Shown in pieces: positions 16,821 to 24,925 of a stretch of 64,000 nucleotides of DNA. Source of the stretch: a virus; IMG/VR virus record IMGVR_UViG_3300006104_000013, positions 1 through 64,000 of that record, one strand, 5' to 3'. The notes under the pieces were generated by a model. It was not told the DNA's origin. It saw only the letters and a program-made list of their open reading frames with translations, and searched no databases. The position numbers were made by a program, and so were the translations under genes. Within the stretch, counting starts at the first letter, position 1; each line of letters opens with the position of its first letter.

Positions 16821-17074
16821 TGTATCCGATTAGCCGGAAGGACGAGTTTGTCGCGCGAGCCATATCGATCGCGCTGGGGGAAGATCCTGATCAGTTGGTA
16901 TCGATCACCCCGGTGGCCGTCAATGCCACCGGCAAGCCGATGTTTAACAAGCGGGATTGGCAACCCGCATGGACGCATCACGTTGCTGTTGCGCAGTCCG
17001 CTATCGACGCGGGGCATCGATATGATCAGGGAGTCGAGAACGTCATCCGTCAGGAGCGATTGGAAGTCGAATGA
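16820..17074 (+). CDS. hypothetical protein
   Basis: TGATG coupling, start MYPISRK. Confidence 0.55.
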   Translation: MYPISRKDEFVARAISIALGEDPDQLVSITPVAVNATGKPMFNKRDWQPAWTHHVAVAQSAIDAGHRYDQGVENVIRQERLEVE

Positions 17075-17205
17075 TCAGTAATCCAAAATGCCCCATCTGT
17101 GAAGCTCTTCAGCGAAAGATAGATCAGCTTGTGGCTGAGAATGAACGTCTGCTGCGGTTGCTTAACCCCAAGAAAAAAGACCATGGGGAATAATTTGGTT
17201 TCCGC

Positions 17206-17235
17206 TTGACGGGGGATCGATTTGCGGGTTACGAT
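17206..17235 (+). promoter_or_regulatory. sigma70-type promoter overlapped by a TTGCGGGTTAC box
   Basis: TTGACG-18-TACGAT. Confidence 0.6.
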
Positions 17236-17269
17236 TTATTTTTAACGCACTGAAAAATAAAGAGAAAAA

Positions 17270-17476
17270 ATGGCAGATGAAGTTGATTTGATCGACAATC
17301 ATGTCGAGATTGAACGGGAGCGGGCTATCGGGTCCGCTTCTGCTTTTGTGGAGTCGATGCCGACCGGAGTCCCCGGCGAGTGTCGTGAATGCGGGGAACA
17401 TTCCCCACGTCTGGTCGGCGGATTGTGCGCCCCCTGCCGGGATGACATTGCACACCGTCAACGGAGAATATTATGA
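17270..17476 (+). CDS. TraR/DksA-like C4 zinc-finger protein
   Basis: MADEVD N-terminus, CRECG...CAPC. Confidence 0.75.
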   Translation: MADEVDLIDNHVEIERERAIGSASAFVESMPTGVPGECRECGEHSPRLVGGLCAPCRDDIAHRQRRIL

Positions 17477-17748
17477 ATGAAAAAGAATTTGGGTGGAAAC
17501 TGCGGGAAATGACATCAGCGGCCGCCAAAGACAACACCGCCCTCTGCGATATGGTGTGGCAGCTCTGCTCGGTCGCATCAGAATTGCTGCTGTACATGTG
17601 CCAAGATAACCCGGACCCGGTTGCTGTGGCGCATGACGGAATAGCTCAGTTGCAAAAGGACATGGAAACCCACGTTCAAAATACGCATCTCAAAGTGAAG
17701 ACTCTCGGTGCTTTGGCCGCTGAGAGTCCGTCTTCCTCTGTAAATTAA
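17473..17748 (+). CDS. hypothetical protein
   Basis: SD GGAG, ATGA overlap. Confidence 0.65.
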   Translation: MNEKEFGWKLREMTSAAAKDNTALCDMVWQLCSVASELLLYMCQDNPDPVAVAHDGIAQLQKDMETHVQNTHLKVKTLGALAAESPSSSVN

Positions 17749-17750
17749 CT

Positions 17751-17790
17751 ATTGTGGGTTACATCCCTATCGGGTAGTGTAACCCACAAT
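17751..17790. repeat. 13-bp perfect inverted repeat (operator pair or hairpin)
   Basis: ATTGTGGGTTACA-14-TGTAACCCACAAT. Confidence 0.8.
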
Positions 17791-17808
17791 TAATTTTTGG
17801 AGGGGAAC

Positions 17809-18033
17809 ATGTACTTCAAAGAAAAAGACGCCGGAACAAAATGGTGTCCGTTTACGAGCTTCTCCATGGCTGGGGAGACGCCATCCAATCGGTATCCCGG
17901 CATGGAAGTCACCGTCGAGACGACTGGCTGCAAGGGGCATGAATGCGCCGGTTGGCGCTGGAAAGATCCGTCGAAGACAGACAATGTCTGCGAAGGTGGG
18001 TGTGGCCTCGCCTATCGTCCCAACGGATACTGA
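17809..18033 (+). CDS. Cys-rich hypothetical protein
   Basis: KWCPF...C....C.GWRW...G.CGLA phage motif. Confidence 0.7.
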   Translation: MYFKEKDAGTKWCPFTSFSMAGETPSNRYPGMEVTVETTGCKGHECAGWRWKDPSKTDNVCEGGCGLAYRPNGY

Positions 18034-18034
18034 T

Positions 18035-18253
18035 ATGCAGTCGCGGCGAATGTCCTTTATCGAGAGCGTCGTTGCGACGGCAATCGGGTTCGGGACTGGA
18101 ATTCTGGGACAGCTATTGATCTTCCCGCTCGTCGGAATGCAGGTCAGCTTCGATAAGAATATCGTGATCGCAGCGGCATTCACCGTGATATCTATCCTGA
18201 GAGGATATTTCGTCCGCCGACTCTTTAACTGGATACACCTTCACTGGATTTGA
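18035..18253 (+). CDS. small membrane protein (DUF7220-like)
   Basis: MQSRRMSFIES...FTVISILRGYFVRRLFN. Confidence 0.75.
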   Translation: MQSRRMSFIESVVATAIGFGTGILGQLLIFPLVGMQVSFDKNIVIAAAFTVISILRGYFVRRLFNWIHLHWI

Positions 18254-18254
18254 T

Positions 18255-18695
18255 ATGCAAGAAAAACAACAAAAAACGGCGTTCGACCGTGTGATGGAAA
18301 AATTGGTCGTCGGTTCTAAGAACCAGTGCTGGCCTTGGACTGGGGCTCGGACTCGAAAAGGGTCAGGGGCCGCTGTCGTAAAAACGCCGGAAGGGTCAAC
18401 CACAACGATCGGCCGGGTCATCTTCGAGCACTATAATGGGCGTCCGGTTAAGCCGCACCATGTTATCAAGACGACCTGCGGAAGCCTGTCATGTGGCAAT
18501 CCACATCATCAGGCCGAGGTTGAATTCGTCTCTGTCGTCCGTAGTCAGAACAAGGTCAGCGATGATGATGTCCGTGAGATCAGGGCGATGGCGCTTGAAG
18601 ATCCGGACTATCAGAAGATCGGGGCGAAGTTCGGAATCTCCGAAGAATACGCGCGGAATATTGCCCAGCGTAAGCGCAAGGTGAGCGTAAAATGA
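18255..18695 (+). CDS. HNH endonuclease-like protein with C-terminal HTH (possibly degenerate)
   Basis: CWPWTG...CG...C.NP.H, then VREIR...IGAKFGIS. Confidence 0.7.
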   Translation: MQEKQQKTAFDRVMEKLVVGSKNQCWPWTGARTRKGSGAAVVKTPEGSTTTIGRVIFEHYNGRPVKPHHVIKTTCGSLSCGNPHHQAEVEFVSVVRSQNKVSDDDVREIRAMALEDPDYQKIGAKFGISEEYARNIAQRKRKVSVK

Positions 18696-18898
18696 CTCGC
18701 GGCCCTGGTAAAAATCGAGGGGTCTCCGACTCTCCGGTAGATTTCACCCAGACTCCGGAAGCTAAGCGCCGAGATACCAGGACCTATAAGGACCGTGGAA
18801 GCCGGGCCGAATACATGCGGACCTATCGTAAGAGGGTTAAGGATGCCGAAATGGGAAGTGTTGAGGGCGGCGGCCCTCCCTCTAAGGAAGATCTTTGA
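18692..18898 (+). CDS. basic hypothetical protein
   Basis: RAEYMRTYRKR motif; ATGA overlap. Confidence 0.5.
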   Translation: MTRGPGKNRGVSDSPVDFTQTPEAKRRDTRTYKDRGSRAEYMRTYRKRVKDAEMGSVEGGGPPSKEDL

Positions 18899-19235
18899 TC
18901 TACATGAGCCTGTGTATCAGGACTTTTGGCCCTATGTGAAGGAAGATTATCTTCCGGACACCCCATGGGGAAAAAGCATTGATGGGATTGCCACAGGAAA
19001 GTGGATGTTTCGACCTCGGAATACGTTCGCCGTAGATGCCGAGTCCCTCTGGGGTGACAGTTGGAAGATCATGGTTGCTTCGGTATTCTACATCCAAGAG
19101 CGGACCTTCATGCGGATCGTGACGGGTGGGAGCCAGCACCGGTTAATGTACCACCACCTTTTTCTGAAGCGGCTTATGCTTGAGGCCGCAGACCCGATAC
19201 GGTTTAAGTTTGAATGGAACTTCAATGGCATTTGA
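18843..19235 (+). CDS. hypothetical protein
   Basis: Start MPKWEVLR after AAGG; overlaps terL start. Confidence 0.55.
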   Translation: MPKWEVLRAAALPLRKIFDLHEPVYQDFWPYVKEDYLPDTPWGKSIDGIATGKWMFRPRNTFAVDAESLWGDSWKIMVASVFYIQERTFMRIVTGGSQHRLMYHHLFLKRLMLEAADPIRFKFEWNFNGI

Positions 19236-21420
19236 TCTGACGAAGTGTCAACCTGATCAGCTTAATGATTTGCTCAACAAAAAGCTGGCAGAAATGTCGC
19301 TGTCTGAGTTTCTTAAGCAATCATGGCGCTACTTCGACCCAGGGAACTATTCCCATAACTGGCATATCGATGCGATTTCAGAACATCTGATGGCCGTCAA
19401 TGTCGGGCAGATACGGAATCTGATTATCAATATCCCGCCGCGCCACATGAAGTCGTTGTCAGTTGCTGTCGCTTGGCCAGCCTGGACGTGGGCGCAACAG
19501 AGAGACCCTGACTTTCCTTTGCTCGGACCAGCCGTCCGATGGATGTTTGCATCCTATGCGCAGAGTCTGTCGCACCGCGACTCTCTGAAGATGCGCCGAC
19601 TGATCGAATCAGGGTGGTATCAGAAGAACTGGGGGGATCATGCGAAGATCACCGGAGACCTTGATCGTAAAGAGCGCTACGAAACGACCGTCGGAGGGTA
19701 TCGCCTAGCAACATCCGTCGGCGGTGCGCTGACTGGTGAAGGCGGTGATATCATTGTCTGCTTCCCACCATGGGAGGTCGTCTGGACAGACATTGGGCCG
19801 ATGCAATTTATGGACGTCGTAAAGCGGAGATACCAGGGGAAGGTCTGGTCGTATTCTGCAAAGAACGGGATGGAGCTCTGCCAAATTATTGGATGGCATA
19901 CCAACCCATCGCGTCCGCTTGTCGTTGTTGAGTTTGAAAATTGCCCGCCACTTGTCTGCACCGAGGATCACCGTATTCTTACGGAAGAGGGGATGCTGGT
20001 GGCTGTGGGGCGGCTGAAGCCAGGAACTTTGATTCTTGACCCCCTGCTCAAGCGGGAAGGGTTGAAAGGCTCCAAGATCTTTAAAGGTCTTCGGCCATGG
20101 GATCACCCGCCGAAGCCGACGTACTGCATAACCGTCGAGAAGAACCATAATATGCTGGTGGGGCGATCGCTATTGATCGCTGCCAACTGTGACGACCCAT
20201 TGAATGCTAACGACGCCAATTCTGACGTTCTGCGCCAAGGGGTTCTGACGTGGTGGGATGAGTCCATGCAATCACGTTTGAACGATCCGAAGACCGGGGC
20301 GAAGGTCATCATTATGCAACGACTGCATGAAGACGATCTGACTGGCCACATCCTCCAGAATGACCGCAATGGGGAATGGTGTCACCTGATGCTTCCGGCC
20401 GAATATGATTCGTCTCGGCACTGTTTCACATCGATCGGATGGGAAGACCCTCGGACTGAAGACGGGGAAGCCCTGTGGGAAGAGAGAGTCGGGACAAAAG
20501 AACTGAATACCCTCAAGGCCGCCATGGGTCCATACGCGTTTGCTGGGCAATATCAGCAGAGTCCGCAGCCGCGTGGTGGTGGGATTATCAAACGCGAGTG
20601 GTGGAACCCATGGCCAGGAGAGGATGAATTGCGCGAGGGTGTGAACACATCGTTCCCGCCATTTGAATATGTCGTCGCCTCGCTCGATACTGCTTTCACC
20701 GAAGACGAGGAAAACGATTACTCAGCTCTGACCATCTGGGGCGTCTTCCGCGATATGGGGTCAAAGTTTGTCGCTCCCCGCCTTGTCACCGATGTGAATG
20801 ATCGTGGCGAAACGATATTGATGCCGCAGGAAGAGCAGCCAAAGGTGATGCTGGTCTATGGTTGGCAAAAGCGCCTGACCCTGCACGGCCCACCGGAAAA
20901 AAAGCCGGATGGGGTCAGCCAGGAAGAATGGGATTCTCCAGCTTGGAGAGGATATCGCCGGGAGAACTGGGGGCTGGTGGAGTGGACGATTGATTCGTGT
21001 CGCCGGTACAAGGTCGATCGCCTGCTGATCGAAGGAAAGGCTTCCGGTTTGAGCGTTGTTCAAGAACTGCGCCGCCTCTATGCCAATGAGCGGTTCTCGC
21101 TGGAAATCACCAACCCAGGCAGAATGAGCAAGGTTGCCCGCGCCTATGCCGTTGAGCCACTGTTTGCCAATGGTCAGGTCTATGCTCCCTATCTGATGCT
21201 GAAGAATGGCGTCATCTGTTCGCGGTCGTGGTGCGATCAGATCATTACCCAGTTCACACAGTTCCCCAAAGCAACACATGACGACCTTGTGGACTCCAGC
21301 CTGCATGCGCTTCAGCACTTGCGTGATATAGGCATGGCGCTTCGCAAGGAAGAGGTGGAGGCAGAGTGGGACGACTCTTTATTGATTCGAGCGAGCGAAA
21401 GGCCACTTTACGATGTCTGA
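19225..21420 (+). CDS. terL: terminase large subunit with intein
   Basis: INIPPRHMKS Walker A, Walker B split by intein (IIV|CDDP), IMQRLHEDDL, YQQ.P, SLDTA and HDDLVDS nuclease motifs. Confidence 0.96.
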   Translation: MAFDLTKCQPDQLNDLLNKKLAEMSLSEFLKQSWRYFDPGNYSHNWHIDAISEHLMAVNVGQIRNLIINIPPRHMKSLSVAVAWPAWTWAQQRDPDFPLLGPAVRWMFASYAQSLSHRDSLKMRRLIESGWYQKNWGDHAKITGDLDRKERYETTVGGYRLATSVGGALTGEGGDIIVCFPPWEVVWTDIGPMQFMDVVKRRYQGKVWSYSAKNGMELCQIIGWHTNPSRPLVVVEFENCPPLVCTEDHRILTEEGMLVAVGRLKPGTLILDPLLKREGLKGSKIFKGLRPWDHPPKPTYCITVEKNHNMLVGRSLLIAANCDDPLNANDANSDVLRQGVLTWWDESMQSRLNDPKTGAKVIIMQRLHEDDLTGHILQNDRNGEWCHLMLPAEYDSSRHCFTSIGWEDPRTEDGEALWEERVGTKELNTLKAAMGPYAFAGQYQQSPQPRGGGIIKREWWNPWPGEDELREGVNTSFPPFEYVVASLDTAFTEDEENDYSALTIWGVFRDMGSKFVAPRLVTDVNDRGETILMPQEEQPKVMLVYGWQKRLTLHGPPEKKPDGVSQEEWDSPAWRGYRRENWGLVEWTIDSCRRYKVDRLLIEGKASGLSVVQELRRLYANERFSLEITNPGRMSKVARAYAVEPLFANGQVYAPYLMLKNGVICSRSWCDQIITQFTQFPKATHDDLVDSSLHALQHLRDIGMALRKEEVEAEWDDSLLIRASERPLYDV
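19759..20187 (+). mobile_element. mini-intein (143 aa, no homing endonuclease)
   Basis: Starts CFPP, block B CTEDHRI, block F TYCITV, ends AAN before +1 Cys. Confidence 0.92.
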
Positions 21421-21661
21421 TGAATTGAACAAGCTGCTGGCAGAGCATTACGATGCTACTTTCCTGCGGGCCGGAAGCCCGGTCGCGGTGATTGAAAAAA
21501 TCAAGCAGCGCATGGCCGAAAGCCCTGATTTCGCGGCGGCAACGCAAGGGCGTTATTCCGAACTGGTGGCACTTGAGGGCCATTTCGGAGAAAGCGGGTT
21601 GGCAGCGCGGTGCTCCCTCTCGCATTCGCACCTCAAGGCATTAAGGGGGGCAATTGGATGA
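21413..21661 (+). CDS. hypothetical protein
   Basis: Overlaps terL stop and ACP start. Confidence 0.65.
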   Translation: MSDELNKLLAEHYDATFLRAGSPVAVIEKIKQRMAESPDFAAATQGRYSELVALEGHFGESGLAARCSLSHSHLKALRGAIG

Positions 21662-21897
21662 CGACTCATGAAATTGTGCGGGGGGTCTTTTCTTCAATTC
21701 TGGAAGTGACACCGGACGCCGTCGGGGACGAAGATGATTTTTTCGACGACCTCGGAGGGGACTCCCTGGACATGATGGAAATTGTCTTGAGGCTGGAAGA
21801 TGCCTTCCGGATCAAAATAAACGATGGCGACATCGAAAACATAACCACGTTGAATGAAACCGTTGCTCTTGTTGACGGAATTTTGGAGAAAGCATGA
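21658..21897 (+). CDS. acpP: acyl carrier protein
   Basis: 79 aa, acidic, DLGGDSLD phosphopantetheine site, LEDAF.I.I.D. Confidence 0.9.
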   Translation: MTTHEIVRGVFSSILEVTPDAVGDEDDFFDDLGGDSLDMMEIVLRLEDAFRIKINDGDIENITTLNETVALVDGILEKA

Positions 21898-22568
21898 TGA
21901 GCGAAGAAAAATTAGAAAGCAGCCTGGAGCTTGCTCCATATGCTGTTTGTGCCGGGTCAATCTCCGTGGACTCTGCGGAAAGCCTCGCCGAAGAGGTTCA
22001 CTTGCAGCGCAGCCATTGGACAAATCGGAATGGTTTGTTCTGGACTCTTGGGCCGTCTGCATATCTTGATGATCCGCTTGATTATGCCGTGCGAACGCGG
22101 ATGGAAACTGAATATATGAGCAAGACGTTCGGCAAGTGGTATCAGGAAGTCGGCGATGTTCTGGAAAGATTTGTTCATGGCCGTATTGTCCAGCAACCGT
22201 CTGCCGCCCCGCTTGGTTTTCACATCTTTCAAAAGACAGATGCTAAGCCATCGATTCATTTAGACCTCCCGTTTCAACGTGTGTTCTGGCCCGAACCCTT
22301 CTCAGATCCGTTCTCGTTTACTGTGCTTTTGGAATCCCCGAAGTCTGGGGCTGGACTTGACGTCTGGAATCGACCGCTGAACGAAGTCGGAGAGTCGGAC
22401 CCCGATTATCATTATCCCTATAAAGTAGGGGACGTGATCGTCCACTCCGGTCTGTCCCCGCATGCGGTTTCGTCTCGGTATCCACTGGAAGATGGCGAGT
22501 TCAGAATTACACTCCAGGGGCATGGCGCTCGGCTTTTGGCGAGTGGCTGCATCGCCGTTTACTTCTGA
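21894..22568 (+). CDS. 2OG-Fe(II) oxygenase superfamily protein
   Basis: HLD...SFT.....P..GAGL...H...RITLQGH. Confidence 0.8.
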   Translation: MMSEEKLESSLELAPYAVCAGSISVDSAESLAEEVHLQRSHWTNRNGLFWTLGPSAYLDDPLDYAVRTRMETEYMSKTFGKWYQEVGDVLERFVHGRIVQQPSAAPLGFHIFQKTDAKPSIHLDLPFQRVFWPEPFSDPFSFTVLLESPKSGAGLDVWNRPLNEVGESDPDYHYPYKVGDVIVHSGLSPHAVSSRYPLEDGEFRITLQGHGARLLASGCIAVYF

Positions 22569-22637
22569 GTTAAACTTATCTGTGGACAGGTGGCCCGTTT
22601 ATTGGTACAACGGGTCATCTTCTTACAGGAGTTGATC

Positions 22638-23261
22638 ATGAAGACACTGATTACATCCCTTGCGGTCCTGTCGCTTGCCGCATGCTCTGCCGTCCCCATG
22701 GATGTCCAGATCGAACAGAAAAAGCGCGAAATGAAGACCGAAGAGGTCGCTCGATCTGTTGATCAGCTCCCATCCTGGTGCATGGAGGCAAAACAAAATG
22801 ACGATGCGATCTTCTCGTGTGGCACCTCTACTTCTGCTGATCTTCAATTTTCTTTCGACAAGGCCGAGCTCGCAGCAAAGACTGGCCTCGCCCGTCGGGT
22901 TAATTCGATGGTCTCCCAAAAAATCAAAAATTTCCTGCTTGAAACTGGTGCGGCAGAAAATTCGCACACTTCGGTTGAAGCGCAGAACACCACCCAGGAT
23001 CTTGTCACCGAAGTCACCTTGTCTGGGTATGTGGTCGAGAAACGGATTGTTGTCCCGCAGGGGATCAACTACCGAGCTTATGTTTTACTGAAATACCCGG
23101 TTGGCGAAGCAAATCGCTTGCTGGTGGACAAGGCGAATAAGAACCAAGAACTGGAAACCCATCTTCGGGCGTCCGAAGCCTATCGTGAGCTTGAGGCTGA
23201 TATTGAAGCTCACAAACCACAGGCCGCTCCGCAGGTGCCGGTCGAACAGGAGAAGTTGTAA
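22638..23261 (+). CDS. LPP20-like lipoprotein
   Basis: Lipobox LAAC; PSW...G...S.D.Q....KA...AK..LA. Confidence 0.8.
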   Translation: MKTLITSLAVLSLAACSAVPMDVQIEQKKREMKTEEVARSVDQLPSWCMEAKQNDDAIFSCGTSTSADLQFSFDKAELAAKTGLARRVNSMVSQKIKNFLLETGAAENSHTSVEAQNTTQDLVTEVTLSGYVVEKRIVVPQGINYRAYVLLKYPVGEANRLLVDKANKNQELETHLRASEAYRELEADIEAHKPQAAPQVPVEQEKL

Positions 23262-23862
23262 TGCATATCCATATTTCTTACGGTGAACTGGCTCTCTACG
23301 GGATCATTGGTGCCGGACTCTATGCGTGGTTCCACACCAGTCGCAAGCGCAAACGTGAATTGGCCGACGATGCCTTGAAGATGGCGGGGCTACAAAGACG
23401 CAATGCGGCGCAGCAGGAGCAAACTCAGCAGGCGTGGGCGTCCCGTAGTGGCAAGACAACAACATCCCTCCACAGGAAAAGCCTAACACCGCAACAGGTG
23501 GTAATGGCAGTGGTCCGTGGTCGCAACAGTCTCCACCGCCCCAATATCAGCCGGGTCCGTCCCGGTATCAGCAGCAACCACCTCAACCGGTCCAGCAGAC
23601 GGTTGTTGTTCATGATGACAGCAGTCTTTTGACTGGCGTTCTGATCGGTGAAGCAATGGCGTCCGGTCATCATGATCACACAACTATCATTGAAGAGCGG
23701 AGCTATGAAGCCCCGCCGCGTGAAGAGCATTACCACTATGAAGCTGCGGCCCAATCCACGTCGCGCAGTTCGTCCGATGACGATTCTGACCGTGGTGGTA
23801 TCGATATCGATATCGGCGGAAGAAGCGATAGCGGTGGGTTTGACTTCGACATTGGAGGTTGA
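23261..23862 (+). pseudogene. membrane-anchored Pro/Gln-rich protein split by an apparent -1 frameshift near 23450-23480
   Basis: N-terminal TM in one frame; the other frame is open from 23449 to 23862 and reads as a natural continuation. Confidence 0.55.
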
Positions 23863-23864
23863 TC

Positions 23865-24656
23865 ATGGTTAGGTTTCTGCCTCTTTTTATTGTCGTAACA
23901 GTCTTGGTGCTGTTTTCTTTCAGTTTAGCGATGGCAGAAACCGCCACCACGACAGCATCTTATGCGATCGGCGATAACGACTCGAAAAACGATGCGCGTC
24001 GGTTCTGCCAGCTCCAGGCGATCCGGCAGGTGCTTGACGGCGTTGGTATTCGGGTGGTCAATACGGCATCCATGGTCAAGTCCGAAGCATCCGACGGATA
24101 CCATGACAGTGCACTTATGCGAACCGAGGCGATCAGCGGTGGCATCGTTCAGTCCACCGTTCTGTCCGAGCAGTTCTCAAATGTGAACCTGACCTGCACC
24201 GTGAGAGTCGAGTTCGACCGTGAGCGAATCGCGTCTAAACTTCAAATGATGACTGACAACGGGGAGCTGACTCGGCGTGTCGAGGCGCAACAGGCTCAAA
24301 TCGATCAGATGAAACGGGCGTTGGTCTCCACCCCGAACACTGCCCCGGTGCAGAACAGCTATGATCAAGCACGGGCCGAGGTCGAGCGCCTAAAGGCCGA
24401 GCGCCAAGATATGCTCCGCAAGATCGAGCTAATTGAGCCGGGCATGCAGCCGTATGAAGTTCTGCGAATTTTGGGGAAGCCGGACGAGGGGTATACTGGT
24501 CCAGCAGGGGTGGCGACTGCTTATGGGTTCCAGCGGGAATGGCGCTACGGCAGTATATGGGTGAATTTCGCCAATACCGACAACAGTGTCCGCTGTATTT
24601 CCAATTTCAGTGATCAGCGGTGTGAGGGGCCTGCAATAAAGCGGGGGGCTTGGTAG
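23865..24656 (+). CDS. exported protein with coiled coil and C-terminal SmpA/OmlA-like motif
   Basis: Signal peptide; IEPGM...EV..ILGKPD...W.YG. Confidence 0.7.
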   Translation: MVRFLPLFIVVTVLVLFSFSLAMAETATTTASYAIGDNDSKNDARRFCQLQAIRQVLDGVGIRVVNTASMVKSEASDGYHDSALMRTEAISGGIVQSTVLSEQFSNVNLTCTVRVEFDRERIASKLQMMTDNGELTRRVEAQQAQIDQMKRALVSTPNTAPVQNSYDQARAEVERLKAERQDMLRKIELIEPGMQPYEVLRILGKPDEGYTGPAGVATAYGFQREWRYGSIWVNFANTDNSVRCISNFSDQRCEGPAIKRGAW

Positions 24657-24734
24657 TGGTCAGGGTGAGTGGATTTGAACCACCGGCCTCTGCATTCCGA
24701 GTGCAGCGCTCTACGCAAACTGAGCTACACCCTG
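24657..24734 (-). tRNA. tRNA-Pro(CGG)
   Basis: CAGGGTG acceptor, CTGCA-CT-CGG-AA-TGCAG anticodon arm, GGTTCAAATCC T arm, encoded CCA. Confidence 0.92.
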
Positions 24735-24814
24735 ACAGGTGCATTGAAAAGCTCAGATGGTTGGTCGTAGAGTCCAGATCATGATGGCGGGACAATAGCA
24801 CCCATCCTGACTCT

Positions 24815-24843
24815 TTGCAAATAGATCAAGGTTCTGATACGTT
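24815..24843 (+). promoter_or_regulatory. sigma70-type promoter upstream of portal
   Basis: TTGCAA-17-TACGTT. Confidence 0.55.
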
Positions 24844-24925
24844 CCAAAGTTGGCGGGCAAGCTGCTCGTTTTAGCCAAAGACTATCCTGCCCAGCGCCTG
24901 GGGATGATGGTAACGAGGCCATTAC

